Shown: positions 9,597 to 23,233, numbered from the stretch's first letter. The stretch: DNA of 64,000 bases from an uncultured Actinomycetota bacterium (GCA_963833935.1 CAWIAC010000020.1:18607-82606), one strand, 5' to 3'. Notes: generated by a model from the sequence alone, not told the origin. Numbers and translations: made by a program.

Positions 9597-11138
9597 CTAG
9601 TCGACCTGGTGACGCGGGAACACGCCGGTGGGCGCCGGCAGCACGGTGCCGGGCGCCAGCCGTGCTCCGATGGCGGCAAAGTTACGCTGCCCTGACGTCT
9701 GACCGAGCAGGTCCAACAGCTTGCTCGCCGATTCGGGCATCACCGGCTGAATCAGCAGCGCCGCGATCCGCACCGCCTCGCACGTCGCGTAGAGCACGGT
9801 CCCGAAGCGGGCCTGGTCTGCCTCCGCGTCGCTCTTGCGCAACACCCAGGGCTGCTGGGCCGAGAAGTATCTGTTCGCCGCGCCGAGCATCAGCCAGATC
9901 GCTTCCAGTGCCAGATGCATTGCTTGGTTGTCGAATTCGGTACGCACCCGCTCGAGCAGGCCATCGGCGACGGCGAGCAGCTCGGTGTCGTCGGTGGTGA
10001 ATGCGCCGGGCGTGGGTACGACTCCGTCGAGATTCTTGGCCACCATCGACAAGGATCGCTGGGCCAGGTTGCCGAGCTCGTTGGCCAGGTCGGTGTTGAT
10101 TCGGGTGATGATCGCGTCTTCGCTGTAACTGCCGTCCTGGCCGAAGGGCACCTCGCGCAACAGGAAGTAACGCACCTGGTCCAAGCCGAACGTGTCGACC
10201 AGGGTGACCGGGTCAACGACGTTGCCCACCGACTTGCTCATCTTCTCGCCGCGATTGAGCAGAAATCCGTGCGCGAAAACCCTGCGCGGCAAATCAATTC
10301 CGGCTGACATCAAAAACGCCGGCCAATAGACGGTGTGAAATCGGATGATGTCCTTGCCGATCATGTGCAAATCGGCCGGCCAGTAGCGGCGGAACAACTC
10401 CGATTCGGTGTCCGGGAAGCCCACCCCGGTCAGGTAGTTGGTCAGCGCGTCGACCCAGACGTACATGACGTGCTCGGGATGGTCGGGGACCTTCACGCCC
10501 CAGTCGAACGAGGTGCGCGAGATGGACAGATCCCGCAGGCCTCCCGAGACGAAGCTGACCACCTCGTTGCGCCGCACATCAGGCGCGATGAAGTTCGGGT
10601 TGGCCTCGTAGTGGGCCAGCAGCTTGTCGGCGTAGGCCGAGAGCCGGAAGAAATAGGTCTGCTCCTCGGTCCAGGTCACCGGTGTGCCGGTTTCGACGGC
10701 GATCCGGATCCCGTCGACGAGCGCCGTCTCCGATTCGACGAAGAACCGCTCATCGCGCACCGAGTACCAGCCGGAGTAGGTGTCCAGGTAGATGTCGCCG
10801 TTGGCCTGCATCCGCCGCCAGATCTCCTTGGACGCCTCGTGGTGGTCGGCGTCGGTGGTACGGATGAACCGGTCGAAGGAGATGTTCAACTTCTTCTGCA
10901 GGCGCGCAAACACGTCGGAGTTGCGCCGGGCCAGCTCGGCGGTCGGAATGCCCTCTGCCGCCGCCGTCTCGACCATCTTGAGGCCGTGTTCGTCGGTGCC
11001 GGTCAGGAAGCGCACGTCGTACCCGTCGAGCCTTTTGAACCGTGCGATCGAGTCGGTGGCGATGTACTCGTAGGCATGCCCGACGTGCGGATCGCCGTTC
11101 GGGTAGGTGATCGCGGTGGTGACGTAATACGGCTTCAT
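9597..11138 (-). CDS. metG: Methionine--tRNA ligase
   Basis: [10 protein letters not shown] (HIGH), GTDEHG and KMSKS motifs. Confidence 0.97.
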   Translation of the reverse strand: MKPYYVTTAITYPNGDPHVGHAYEYIATDSIARFKRLDGYDVRFLTGTDEHGLKMVETAAAEGIPTAELARRNSDVFARLQKKLNISFDRFIRTTDADHHEASKEIWRRMQANGDIYLDTYSGWYSVRDERFFVESETALVDGIRIAVETGTPVTWTEEQTYFFRLSAYADKLLAHYEANPNFIAPDVRRNEVVSFVSGGLRDLSISRTSFDWGVKVPDHPEHVMYVWVDALTNYLTGVGFPDTESELFRRYWPADLHMIGKDIIRFHTVYWPAFLMSAGIDLPRRVFAHGFLLNRGEKMSKSVGNVVDPVTLVDTFGLDQVRYFLLREVPFGQDGSYSEDAIITRINTDLANELGNLAQRSLSMVAKNLDGVVPTPGAFTTDDTELLAVADGLLERVRTEFDNQAMHLALEAIWLMLGAANRYFSAQQPWVLRKSDAEADQARFGTVLYATCEAVRIAALLIQPVMPESASKLLDLLGQTSGQRNFAAIGARLAPGTVLPAPTGVFPRHQVD

Positions 11139-11178
11139 CGCCTCTTACCTTATTTGTGGCGCACCCTATTGTGTGCGC

Positions 11179-12018
11179 GTGAGTTCCAAACGTCCGCCAC
11201 CACCCGCTCCGCCGCGGTTGAGCCCGCTGGTCGACGCGCACACCCACCTGGACGCCTGCGGCGCCAAGGACGCGGACGACGTGCGCGCCATCGTCGATCG
11301 CGCGGCGGCGGTCGGCGTGGTCGCGGTGGTCACCATCGCCGACGACCTGGCCTCGGCGCGCTGGGCGACCCAGGCCGCCGACTGGGATCGACGCGTCTAC
11401 GCCGCGGTGGCGCTGCACCCCACCCGCGCTGACGCTCTGACCGAGCAGGCCCGAGCCGAGATTGAGCGGTTGGCGGCCCATCCGCGGGTGGTGGCGATCG
11501 GCGAGACCGGGATGGATCAGTACTGGCCGGGCCGGCTGGAGGGCTGCGCGGAGCCGGCCGTGCAGCGCGAGGCCTTCGCGTGGCATATCGACCTGGCCAA
11601 GAGAACCGGCAAGCCACTGATGATCCACAACCGCGATGCCGACGCCGACGTGCTCGACGTGCTGCGCGTCGAGGGCGCGCCGGACACGGTGATCTTTCAC
11701 TGCTTTTCGTCGGGCGCAGAGTTGGCGCGTGCCTGCGCCGATGCCGGATGGCTGGTCAGCTTGTCCGGGACGGTGAGTTTCCGCAACGCGCGTGAGCTGC
11801 GCGAAGCCGTCCCGCTCATCCCTGTAGCGCAACTGCTGGTGGAGACCGACGCGCCGTTCTTGACCCCGCATCCGCACCGGGGCGCCCCCAACGAGCCGTA
11901 CTGCCTTCCCTACACCGCGCGAGCGCTGGCCGAGCTCATCGATCGGCCCGCCGACGAACTGGCCGAGATCACCACCGACAACGCCCGCAGGGCCTACGGA
12001 CTGGCGTTGCAGGGTTAA
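11179..12018 (+). CDS. tatD: TatD-family DNase
   Basis: DAHTH, GETG, IHNR, HCFS and ETDAP motifs. Confidence 0.93.
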   Translation: MSSKRPPPPAPPRLSPLVDAHTHLDACGAKDADDVRAIVDRAAAVGVVAVVTIADDLASARWATQAADWDRRVYAAVALHPTRADALTEQARAEIERLAAHPRVVAIGETGMDQYWPGRLEGCAEPAVQREAFAWHIDLAKRTGKPLMIHNRDADADVLDVLRVEGAPDTVIFHCFSSGAELARACADAGWLVSLSGTVSFRNARELREAVPLIPVAQLLVETDAPFLTPHPHRGAPNEPYCLPYTARALAELIDRPADELAEITTDNARRAYGLALQG

Positions 12019-12019
12019 A

Positions 12020-14194
<2,175 letters not shown>

Positions 14195-14203
14195 TCTCGT
14201 GCG

Positions 14204-15160
14204 GTGCCGACGGACCCGAACACCGCTGCTGAATGGGTGCCCACTGGGTCGGTCACCGTCCGCGCGCCCGGGAAGATCAACCTCTATCTGGCCGTCGGGG
14301 ATCGTCGGGACAACGGCTACCACGACCTGACGACGGTATTTCACGCCGTCTCTCTCGTCGACGAGATCACCGTCCGCAACGCCGATGTGCTGTCGCTCGA
14401 GATCGGCGGCGAGGGCGCCGACCAGCTTCCCCTCGACGAACGCAATCTCGCGTGGCAGGCGGCCGAGCTGATGGCGGAGCACGTCGGCCGCGCGCCCGAT
14501 GTGTCGATCGCAATCGACAAATGCATCCCGGTTGCCGGCGGAATGGGCGGTGGAAGTGCGGATGCGGCGGCCGTTCTGGTCGCGCTCAACTCGTTGTGGG
14601 AACTCGGCGTGCCCCGTCGCGACCTGCACGTGCTGGCGGCAAAGCTGGGCAGCGATGTGCCGTTCGCGCTGCACGGTGGCACCGCGTTGGGTACCGGTCG
14701 CGGCGAAGAGCTGGCAACGGTGCTGGGCCGCAACACCTTTCACTGGGTGCTGGCGTTCGCCGAGGGCGGGTTGTCCACACCCGCGGTATTCAGCGAGCTG
14801 GACCGGCTCAGAGAGGTCGGGTCACCGCCCCGTCTTGACGAACCCGAGCCGGTGGTGGGCGCGCTGGCCACCGGCGACCCGGAGCGGCTGGCGCCGCTGC
14901 TGGGCAACGAACTGCAGGCGGCCGCCCTGAGCCTGAACCCGGGGTTGCGGCGGGTGTTGCGGGCCGGTGTCGAGGCCGGTGCGCTGGCGGGCATCGTCTC
15001 AGGCTCAGGACCGACCTGCACATTCCTGTGCCGATCGGCACCTTCGGCGGTCGACGTCGGCACCGAGCTCTCAGGGGCCGGTGTCTGTCGCACGGTGCGC
15101 GTGGCCAGCGGCCCGGTGCACGGCGCCAGGGTGGTGCCCGCACCGGACGGCGGCGCATGA
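14204..15160 (+). CDS. ispE: 4-(cytidine 5'-diphospho)-2-C-methyl-D-erythritol kinase
   Basis: [28 protein letters not shown] and SGSGPT motifs. Confidence 0.96.
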   Translation: MPTDPNTAAEWVPTGSVTVRAPGKINLYLAVGDRRDNGYHDLTTVFHAVSLVDEITVRNADVLSLEIGGEGADQLPLDERNLAWQAAELMAEHVGRAPDVSIAIDKCIPVAGGMGGGSADAAAVLVALNSLWELGVPRRDLHVLAAKLGSDVPFALHGGTALGTGRGEELATVLGRNTFHWVLAFAEGGLSTPAVFSELDRLREVGSPPRLDEPEPVVGALATGDPERLAPLLGNELQAAALSLNPGLRRVLRAGVEAGALAGIVSGSGPTCTFLCRSAPSAVDVGTELSGAGVCRTVRVASGPVHGARVVPAPDGGA

Positions 15161-15478
15161 AACAGGGACCCAATTCGACGCCACAGTTTGGTACTTCTTT
15201 AAGAGGAGTTTAAGATACTCGACGGTGATGAATACCGGTCAAGTACTGCGCCTGGTCCTTCCGCCCGCCGTTGGTGTCGGCGGGCCTGTTTTTGATCCCA
15301 CAGGTTGGCGCCGTCGCCGTGGCCTCGCCGAGACGGCAACGTTGCGTGAGGTCGCCGCTTCACTACCGATTCGAGATGAAATCGCTGCCCAATTGTGGGC
15401 GCGCGGTTGTCACAAAGCACGCCTGAGCAGGGGCAGCATTAGACGTTGGGCGTTGGCGCCGGAGCTAGGGAGGCAGTC

Positions 15479-17113
15479 GTGAGCAGGTTTACCGAGAACA
15501 TGTTCCGCAACGCTCATCAGAGCACGAAGGGCATGGTGACCGGCGAGCCGCACGAGCCGGTCCGGCACACCTGGCGTGAGGTCCACGAGCGCGCCCGCCG
15601 GGTGGCCGGGGGACTGGCCGCGGCCGGAATCGGCCACGGCGACGCAGTCGGCGTGCTGGCCGGCGCACCGGTGGAGATCGCGCCGACCGCTCAAGGGCTG
15701 TGGATGCGCGGTGCCAGCCTGACGATGCTGCATCAGCCCACGCCGCGCACCGACCTGGTGGTATGGGCGGAGGACACCACCACCGTCATCGACATGATCG
15801 AGGCCGCGGCGGTGATCGTCTCCGACCCGTTCTTGGTGGCCGTGCCCGTGCTGCAGGAGCGCGGCATCAAGGTGCTGACGGTTGAGCAGCTCCTGGCGGC
15901 CGACCCGATCGACCCCATCGAGACCGGGGAGGACGATCTGGCGTTGATGCAGTTGACGTCTGGATCCACCGGGTCTCCCAAAGCCGTTCAAATCACCCAC
16001 CGCAACGTGTACTCCAACGCCGAGGCCATGTTCATCGGCGCTCAGTACGACGTCGAGAAAGACGTGATGGTCAGCTGGCTGCCGTGCTTCCACGACATGG
16101 GCATGGTGGGGTTCCTGACCATCCCGATGTACTTCGGCGCCGAACTGGTCAAAGTCACCCCGATGGACTTCCTGCGCGACACCCTGCTGTGGGCCAAGCT
16201 CATCGACAAATACAAGGGCACGATGACGGCTGCTCCGAACTTCGCCTACGCGCTGTTCGCCAAGCGGCTGCGCAATCAGGCCGAGCCCGGGCAGTTCGAC
16301 CTGTCCACGCTGCGGTTCGCCCTGTCGGGCGCCGAGCCAGTCGACCCCTCCGACGTCGACGATCTGATTGACGCGGGCAAGCCGTTCGGCCTTCGGGCAT
16401 CGGCCATCCTGCCGGCCTACGGGATGGCCGAGACCACGTTGGCGGTGTCGTTCTCCGAGTGCAATGCGGGCCTGGTGGTCGACGAGGTGGATGCCGACCT
16501 GATGGCCGCGCTGCGCCGCGCCGTGCCCTCTTCCAGAGGCAACACCCGCCGGCTGGCGTCGCTGGGACCGCTCCTGCAAGGCCTGGAGATTCGCATCGTC
16601 GATGAGGACGGCAATGTGTTGCCGACCCGCGGCGTCGGCGTGATCGAACTACGGGGTGAGCCGGTGACCCCCGGCTACATCACGATGGGCGGCTTCATCC
16701 CGGCCCAGGACGAGCAAGGCTGGTATGACACCGGAGACCTCGGCTATCTAATGGACAACGGCCACATCGTGGTGTGCGGCCGCGTCAAAGACGTGATCAT
16801 CATGGCCGGCCGCAATATCTACCCGACCGACATCGAGCGAGCCGCCGGCCGGGTCGCCGGGGTCCGTCCGGGCTGCGCGGTGGCCGTGCGGCTCGACGCC
16901 GGACATTCCCGCGAGACCTTCGCCGTCGCGGTCGAGTCCAATGCCTTCGAGGATCCGGCCGAAGTGCGCCGAATCGAGCATCAGGTGGCCCACGAGGTCG
17001 TCAGCGAGGTCGACATGCGGCCCCGCAATGTTGTGGTGCTCGGTCCCGGGACCATCCCGAAGACGCCGTCCGGCAAGCTGCGGCGCGCCAACTCCGTCAC
17101 GCTGGTCACCTAG
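15479..17113 (+). CDS. Fatty acyl-AMP/CoA ligase (Rv1013/pks16-like)
   Basis: [36 protein letters not shown] and KTPSGK motifs. Synteny. Confidence 0.92.
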   Translation: MSRFTENMFRNAHQSTKGMVTGEPHEPVRHTWREVHERARRVAGGLAAAGIGHGDAVGVLAGAPVEIAPTAQGLWMRGASLTMLHQPTPRTDLVVWAEDTTTVIDMIEAAAVIVSDPFLVAVPVLQERGIKVLTVEQLLAADPIDPIETGEDDLALMQLTSGSTGSPKAVQITHRNVYSNAEAMFIGAQYDVEKDVMVSWLPCFHDMGMVGFLTIPMYFGAELVKVTPMDFLRDTLLWAKLIDKYKGTMTAAPNFAYALFAKRLRNQAEPGQFDLSTLRFALSGAEPVDPSDVDDLIDAGKPFGLRASAILPAYGMAETTLAVSFSECNAGLVVDEVDADLMAALRRAVPSSRGNTRRLASLGPLLQGLEIRIVDEDGNVLPTRGVGVIELRGEPVTPGYITMGGFIPAQDEQGWYDTGDLGYLMDNGHIVVCGRVKDVIIMAGRNIYPTDIERAAGRVAGVRPGCAVAVRLDAGHSRETFAVAVESNAFEDPAEVRRIEHQVAHEVVSEVDMRPRNVVVLGPGTIPKTPSGKLRRANSVTLVT

Positions 17114-17217
17114 CCCGGCGACGATGCGGGTCCGGAAGCTCCGCTGAGGAGCCGGGCAATCAAACCTAGCTCGGCGACGATGCGGGTCCGGAAGGTCCGC
17201 TGAGGAGCGGGGCAATC
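17108..17217. repeat. Two tandem 56-bp MIRU-like units between convergent genes
   Basis: ACCTAGCYCGGCGACGATGCGGGTCCGGAAGSTCCGCTGAGGAGCSGGGCAATC starting at 17108 and at 17164. Confidence 0.85.
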
Positions 17218-17231
17218 GAGTTTGTCGAGTC

Positions 17232-18446
17232 TCAGGTGACCGGGAACCAGTGGCCGACCATGCGAGCGATCTCGATATAGAGCGGGATGCCGATCGTGAC
17301 GTTGTAGGAGAACGTCAGACCCAGCGATGCGGCCAGCGGTAGGGTCGGGCTCGCTTCCGGGATCGCCAGTCGCTGCACCGCGGGTACCGCGATATACGAC
17401 GCCGCACCGCAAAGCACCGCGAACAAGACATAGGTCCCTGGCTTGAAATCGGTATGGGTGAGGTAGGCGTAGGTGTGGGCGACGATGATCCCCAGCGGCG
17501 CGAAGAGGTTCGGCGCCAGCAGACCGAACAAGATGAACCCGCGGCCGGCCAACCTCAGGTCCCGCAACTTGCTGGCGGCCGTCATGCCCATCTCGAGCAA
17601 GAACAGGCAAAGCGCACCCTGAAACGCCGTGATGAACAAGGAGTCGGCGTCGTGAGTGACTTTGTGTCCCTGCAACCCACTGACGAACCCGATGACGATG
17701 CCGCCGAAGAGCAGGCATAGTCCGGGATTGAGGAAGACCTCCCGGAGCAGCTTGCGTGAGAGTATGCCCTCCTTTTTGCCGGTCCCCCACCCGGGAATGC
17801 GGCGCCTGATCAGCGCGTACTGCACCCGCTCCTCGGTGTCCGGTTCGATGGTGAGTTGCTGTCCGGGAGCTGGCTGGGCGGCCGCGCCGGGACCGACCCT
17901 CGCCGGCACCGGCGCAACGTAGCCGGGCTCGTCCGGCATGTTCCCGGCTGTGTCCATCCCCCGATGCCGCAGCCGAGCGACCAGATACAGCGCAACCAAG
18001 CACCCGGGGATCTCCATGACGGCCAACATGACGGGCATGTAGGCGTCGAAGGTCAGCCCCACGCCGACCAAGACGGCCACACAGGTGGCGAAAGTGCCTG
18101 CCGAGTCTGACCCGTAATACCCGGCAACGGTCGCCTTGTCGACTTGCCGCAACGCCGTCAGACGGCTCAACAGTAGGTAGGCGAGCATACCGATCACGAA
18201 GTTCAAGACAAAGCCCGTGGCCAAGAAGCCCACGATCTGGCCGATACTTGACGTCTTGATTTCGGCGAGTTCTTCGCCGCCGTGCCAACCGATGGCTACC
18301 AGCAAGTACAGTGTCAGGCCCTGGTAGATCACGTAGGGGAACTCGAAGTCCACCTTCAAGAATCGGAGCAGGAACCCGAAGTAGAAGAACAGCAGCAGCG
18401 GCTTGAACAGGTTGTGCAAAAAGTTTTGCAGGAACTCATGAAGCAT
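17232..18446 (-). CDS. Sodium-dependent bicarbonate transport family permease (SbtA-like)
   Basis: YLLVAIGWHGG, YYGSDSAGTF, MEIPG, LFLLEMG, ASYIAVPA and TFSYN motifs. About 10 TM segments with a central hydrophilic loop. Confidence 0.85.
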   Translation of the reverse strand: MLHEFLQNFLHNLFKPLLLFFYFGFLLRFLKVDFEFPYVIYQGLTLYLLVAIGWHGGEELAEIKTSSIGQIVGFLATGFVLNFVIGMLAYLLLSRLTALRQVDKATVAGYYGSDSAGTFATCVAVLVGVGLTFDAYMPVMLAVMEIPGCLVALYLVARLRHRGMDTAGNMPDEPGYVAPVPARVGPGAAAQPAPGQQLTIEPDTEERVQYALIRRRIPGWGTGKKEGILSRKLLREVFLNPGLCLLFGGIVIGFVSGLQGHKVTHDADSLFITAFQGALCLFLLEMGMTAASKLRDLRLAGRGFILFGLLAPNLFAPLGIIVAHTYAYLTHTDFKPGTYVLFAVLCGAASYIAVPAVQRLAIPEASPTLPLAASLGLTFSYNVTIGIPLYIEIARMVGHWFPVT

Positions 18447-18873
18447 TGGTCTCAGCCTCAATTCCAAAGTCGTGGAAGATGATTGAACCGGTCGTGATGA
18501 ATCATGCGGATGCCCATGTGCACATCGGGTTCTGTGCATGTAAACGGCACGATAAAAATGCAGATCGCTTGAGTCACTGAAATATGTTAAGTAACAACGG
18601 GATTACTTGGCAAAAATCTTGCTTTGCCGGTTGTGTCTCTATGCTCACCAAAGTCACTGACTTTTACGTGCCCCTGGCGCACCATGGGCGAAGCGCGCGG
18701 CGCCTTACGTGTGCATCTACCACGGAACGGATCATGCACTAAGCGCAGCAGTTCGCGCTACCGCAGGAGACGGTACTCACGATTTCTTGACGCACGACAA
18801 CGGCTTCTCTGACGGGATCTTTACGCCCGCGATGGATGCAACCCCTCGCGGCGGCGTAGGCGGGTGCGCCAAA

Positions 18874-19449
18874 TCACCAGGCATGCACGCGGTTCTGCGC
18901 CGGCTCCAGTCCCAGCTCGATGAGCAACTCGGTGGCGTCGGCCGCCTGCTCGCATACCGTCGGCACCTCTGCACGTTCGGCGGCGGTGAAGTTCTCCAGC
19001 ACGAATGCCGCGGGATCCTTGCGCCCCGGTGGTCGGCCGATCCCGATCCGCACCCGGTGAAAGTCCTTGGTGCCCAGCGCGGCCGCGATTGAGCGCAGTC
19101 CGTTGTGACCGCCCTCACCGCCGCCGATCTTCAGCCTGATCTGACCGAAGTCGATGTCGAGCTCGTCGTGGATGATGAGGATGTCGGCGGGGGGCACCGA
19201 ATAGAACTTGGCCAAAGGGCCCACCTGGCGGCCGGACTCGTTCATGTAGCAGCGTGGCTTGGCCAGCACCACCGGACGTCCACCCAGTCGGCCGGTGACG
19301 ATCTCCGCGCCGGAACGCTTGTGCACCTTGAAGTTTGAACCTAACCGGGCAGCGAGCCGGTCGGCCACCATGAACCCCAGGTTGTGCCGCGTCTGGGCAA
19401 AGTTCGGTCCGGGGTTGCCCAGACCCACCACCAGTTGTGGGTCGGCCAC
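18874..19449 (-). CDS. pth: Peptidyl-tRNA hydrolase
   Basis: GLGNPG, TRHNLG, HDELD and GGHNG motifs. Confidence 0.97.
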   Translation of the reverse strand: MADPQLVVGLGNPGPNFAQTRHNLGFMVADRLAARLGSNFKVHKRSGAEIVTGRLGGRPVVLAKPRCYMNESGRQVGPLAKFYSVPPADILIIHDELDIDFGQIRLKIGGGEGGHNGLRSIAAALGTKDFHRVRIGIGRPPGRKDPAAFVLENFTAAERAEVPTVCEQAADATELLIELGLEPAQNRVHAW

Positions 19450-19452
19450 GAG

Positions 19453-20109
19453 TTATTCGGAGTCGGACTCGTCTTCGGCGGCCTGGTCGTCGGCGGCCTC
19501 TGCTGCCGGCTCCGCTGCCTCGGCCACCTCGCCGGCACCCTCGGCGTCGAGTTCCTCGGCGGTAGGCGCGTTCACCACGTTGACGACCAACAGGTCGGGG
19601 TCATCCACCAGGGTGACACCTGCAGGCAGGGCGATCTGCCCGGCGGTGAACTGGGTACCGGGCTCGGCGCCTTCGACCGACAAGGTCAGCGATTCGGGAA
19701 TCGACAACGCCTCGGCTTCGATCTCGATGGTGTTGGCGTCCTGTGTGATCAGGGTCCCGTAGGCCGCGTCGCCGACTACCTCGACGCTCACCTCGACGAC
19801 CACCTTTTCGCCGCGGCGGACCACCAGCAGATCGGCGTGCGTGATGCTGCGGCGAATCGGATGGATCGCGAGCGCCTTGGTCAATGCCAGCTGTTCTTTA
19901 CCCTCGATGTCGAGCGTCAGCACCGCATTGGTCCCGGCGTGCCGCAGCACGGCGGCAAAGTCCCGCCCGGGCAATTCCAAGTGCTGTGGATCAGCGCCGT
20001 GGCCGTAGAGCACGGCCGGAATCCTGCCTTCGCGCCGAGCCCGCCGGGACGCGCCTTTGCCGGTCTGGGTCCGCACCGATGCGGCGAGCTTGTTCGCTGC
20101 TCTGGCCAT
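19453..20109 (-). CDS. rplY: 50S ribosomal protein L25 / Ctc
   Basis: [23 protein letters not shown]...HADL and an acidic tail. Confidence 0.96.
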   Translation of the reverse strand: MARAANKLAASVRTQTGKGASRRARREGRIPAVLYGHGADPQHLELPGRDFAAVLRHAGTNAVLTLDIEGKEQLALTKALAIHPIRRSITHADLLVVRRGEKVVVEVSVEVVGDAAYGTLITQDANTIEIEAEALSIPESLTLSVEGAEPGTQFTAGQIALPAGVTLVDDPDLLVVNVVNAPTAEELDAEGAGEVAEAAEPAAEAADDQAAEDESDSE

Positions 20110-20235
20110 GATGAAAGCTCCTGTGTCAGGTTTGCCTGCCACGGCCAGGATCGCGACAATCGTCGGTCCCCGTCGATAACGGTGGCTCAAAACCACCCTC
20201 GCCGTGACGCCCGGTCAGGTTAACGCATCAGCGGC

Positions 20236-21105
20236 TCACAGCGGAAATTTGGTCTCCGTCAGCCGTTCGGAAAGATCCCAGAGCGCAGCGGCGGTGGCGG
20301 CGCTTTTGGCCAATGGGCTGCGCCCACCCGGCCGACTCCGTCCGACCACGCCCAAAGCCGGACCGACGAAGCTGTTACCCGGCAAGTCCTGCGAGATTGC
20401 GTACAGCGATTGCCGGGCGCCGAAGTCGGCGTCGGTGGCCAGTCGGTTACCCACGGCCATCAGCCCATCAACGAGTTTGCGACCGGAGTGCCCCTGCAGG
20501 TTGGTGTGCGAGTAGCCGGGGTGGGAGGCATGCGCCCGCAACGGTGAGCCCGCCGCCTCGAGCCGCCGCTGCAGCTCGCTGGTGAACAGCAAGTTGGCGA
20601 GTTTGGACTGGCCGTAGGCCAGCCACGCCGAGTAGGGCCGCGACGTCCAGTTCAAGTCCCGCAGGCTGATGTGGCCGATCCAGTGCATCAACGACGAGAC
20701 GGTCACCACCCGGTCGGTGACCTTCGGCAGCAGCAGGTTCGTCAGCGCGAAGTGACCCAGGTGGTTGGTGCCTATCTGGCTCTCGAACCCGTCGGTGGTG
20801 ACCGCGTGCGGGACGGCCATGATGCCGGCATTGTTCACCAGTACATCGATGTCGGCGTCGACCCCGTCGGCGAACTGCCGCACCGAGGCCAGATCCTGCA
20901 AGTCGAGTCGGCGCACTTCGACGTCGCCGGTCATCTCCCGGGCGGCGGCTTCGCCCTTGCCGGTATTGCGCACGGCCAGGATCACCTGAGCGCCGACCCG
21001 GGCCAGCTCGCGGGCCGTCACGGCGCCGAGGCCGCTGTTGGCGCCGGTGACGATCACGGTGCGTCCGGCGAAGGAGGGCAGGTCTGCGGCGGTCCACGAC
21101 GTCAT
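20236..21105 (-). CDS. Short-chain dehydrogenase/oxidoreductase
   Basis: TGANSGLG, NNAGIM, NHLGHF and YGQSK motifs. Confidence 0.92.
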   Translation of the reverse strand: MTSWTAADLPSFAGRTVIVTGANSGLGAVTARELARVGAQVILAVRNTGKGEAAAREMTGDVEVRRLDLQDLASVRQFADGVDADIDVLVNNAGIMAVPHAVTTDGFESQIGTNHLGHFALTNLLLPKVTDRVVTVSSLMHWIGHISLRDLNWTSRPYSAWLAYGQSKLANLLFTSELQRRLEAAGSPLRAHASHPGYSHTNLQGHSGRKLVDGLMAVGNRLATDADFGARQSLYAISQDLPGNSFVGPALGVVGRSRPGGRSPLAKSAATAAALWDLSERLTETKFPL

Positions 21106-21143
21106 GGGAAACACACTAACGCGATGTCGCCCGGCGCCGGGCG

Positions 21144-21799
21144 CTACTTCCTCGCGGCGACGGTGAATCCGTGCAGGACCGCCTCGATGTCGACCGCGTC
21201 GGCGACGGCCTGGTCGGCAAGGCTGGTGACCGCCAGCTGGACGAGGTACCGATCCTGGTCGGGCCCGGACCCGGTGGCGATGACTATCCGGTTGAAGGTG
21301 TGCAGCCGTTTGTCGTTGAGGTTGTAGCTGCCTTCGATCATCGACGACGGGAAGCCGTGAAAGTCAGCGGATGACGCGCCGAGCTCCTTGAAGTTCTCCG
21401 CGAGCCGGGCATCGTCGTTGCCATGCTTGGCCAACTCGGCGGCGTCGAAATCTCCGCTCAGCTTGAACACGACCAGCATGGCGTTGGGAAAGCCGTCGCC
21501 CTTGGCGATCATCTCCGTGGTGGGCGGAATGCCCGGTTTGTCGACCCGCTGCCAGCCCGCCGGCGTTGGAATCGACACGGTCAGGTCGGTCAACTTGTCG
21601 GGCGCTACCGACTCCCCGGACACCCCGTTGTTTTGCAGATAGTCCGCAAACGGGACCGGGATCCCGGTCGGTGTCGGGGTCGTCGACGTGGTGGTGGTCC
21701 AAATCGATTGATAGTCAGGGTTTTTCGGTCCACAGCCGACCGGCAGCCGGTGACAAGCAGAACCGCGGCCGCCAGCCAGGCAGCGTTCGCCCGGCTCAC
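21144..21799 (-). pseudogene. lpqT: LpqT/LpqN-family lipoprotein, frameshifted at the signal peptide/lipobox
   Basis: Signal peptide MSRANAAWLAAAVLLVT is in one frame and the mature part GCGPKNPDYQSIW...LTVSIPTPAGW in another. The shift is near 21745. Confidence 0.75.
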
Positions 21800-22158
21800 A
21801 AGATCTCGCGGACCGTGTCGACCGGACGAGCCAGCCGCGTACCTTTCGGTGTGACGACAAACGGCCGCTCGATGAGGATGGGATGTTCGGCCATGGCATC
21901 GAGCAATTGGTCGTCGCTGGCCTCGGCCAGGCCGAGTTCGGCGTAGAGCGCCTCGCGTTTGCGTACCGCGGTCCGCACCTCGATCCCGGCGGCGCGAATC
22001 ATGCCGACCAACTCGTCCCGCGACGGCGGTGTCTTCAGATACTCCACGACGGTGGGCTCGATACCGCTGTCGCGCAGCAACTCCAAGGTCTTACGTGAGG
22101 TTGTGCACCTGGGATTGTGATAGACGACGGTCGGGACTTTGCCTGCGGCGGAAGCCAT
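21796..22158 (-). CDS. arsC: Arsenate reductase (glutaredoxin-type ArsC family)
   Basis: YHNPRCTTSR and HPILIERP...ARP motifs. Confidence 0.85.
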   Translation of the reverse strand: MASAAGKVPTVVYHNPRCTTSRKTLELLRDSGIEPTVVEYLKTPPSRDELVGMIRAAGIEVRTAVRKREALYAELGLAEASDDQLLDAMAEHPILIERPFVVTPKGTRLARPVDTVREIL

Positions 22159-23139
22159 CTACGCGTCGCCGTCGAACAGCCCTGTGACGGAGCCGTTTTC
22201 GAATACCGCGCGGATGGTGGTGGCGAGTAGCGGGGCGATCGACAAAACCGTGAGCTGCGGGAAGCGCTTCTCTTCACCGATCGGCAGCGTGTTGGTGACG
22301 ATGACTTCCTTGGCGCCGCTTTCGGCCAACCGCTCGGACGCCGGGTCGGACAGCACGCCGTGAGTGGCCGCGATGACGACGTCACCGGCGCCGTCGCTGC
22401 GCAACAGCTTTACCGCGCCGGCGATGGTGCCACCGGTGTCGATCATGTCGTCGATCAACACGCAGGTGCGCCCCTGCACGTCACCGACGACCCGGTTGGA
22501 GACCACCTGGTTGGGCACCCGAGGGTCGCGGGTCTTGTGAATGAATGCCAGCGGGACGCCACCCAGTGCGTCGGCCCACTTCTCGGCGATCCGCACGCGG
22601 CCGGAGTCGGGGGAGACCACGACCATGTCGCCGCCGGCGTAATTGTCCTTGAGGTAGCCGGTCAGCAGATTCTGCGCGCGCATGTGGTCGACGGGCCCGT
22701 CGAAGAAGCCCTGGATCTGATCGGTGTGCAGGTCGACGGTGACGATCCGGTCGGCGCCCGCGGTTTTGAACAGGTCGGCGACCAGGCGCGCCGAGATCGG
22801 CTCGCGCCCGCGGTGCTTCTTGTCCTGTCGGGCATAGGGGTAAAATGGGACGACCGCGGTGATGCGCTTGGCACTGCCGCGTTTGAGCGCGTCGATCATG
22901 ATCAGCTGCTCCATCAGCCACTGGTTGACCGGCGCCGGATGTGATTGCAGGACGAACGCGTCACAGCCCCGTACCGATTCGTCGAATCGCACGAAGATCT
23001 CGCCGTTGGCGAAGTCGCGCGCCGTCTGGGCGGTGACGTGTACGTCGAGTTCCTTGGCCACCTGCTCGGCCAGCTCCGGGTGCGAGCGGCCCGCGAAGAG
23101 CATCAGATTCTTGCGGTTGTCGGTCCAGTCGTAGCTCAC
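22159..23139 (-). CDS. prs: Ribose-phosphate pyrophosphokinase
   Basis: FANGE, YARQDKK, DLHTDQIQGFFD and IDDMIDTGGT motifs. Confidence 0.97.
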   Translation of the reverse strand: MSYDWTDNRKNLMLFAGRSHPELAEQVAKELDVHVTAQTARDFANGEIFVRFDESVRGCDAFVLQSHPAPVNQWLMEQLIMIDALKRGSAKRITAVVPFYPYARQDKKHRGREPISARLVADLFKTAGADRIVTVDLHTDQIQGFFDGPVDHMRAQNLLTGYLKDNYAGGDMVVVSPDSGRVRIAEKWADALGGVPLAFIHKTRDPRVPNQVVSNRVVGDVQGRTCVLIDDMIDTGGTIAGAVKLLRSDGAGDVVIAATHGVLSDPASERLAESGAKEVIVTNTLPIGEEKRFPQLTVLSIAPLLATTIRAVFENGSVTGLFDGDA

Positions 23140-23233
23140 ACGCAGCCCTCGCCGGTTCGGATCGGATGGTTACCCTGAATGGCTCGCTTCTGAATACTAG
23201 GTAGCGAATCGTCCGTTCGCTGCATGGTTGACG

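Noticed and set aside
17108-17217. Tandem repeat as a mini-CRISPR or IS end for sbtA
   Set aside because: Two adjacent MIRU-like units with no spacer, and no matching copy on the other side of sbtA.
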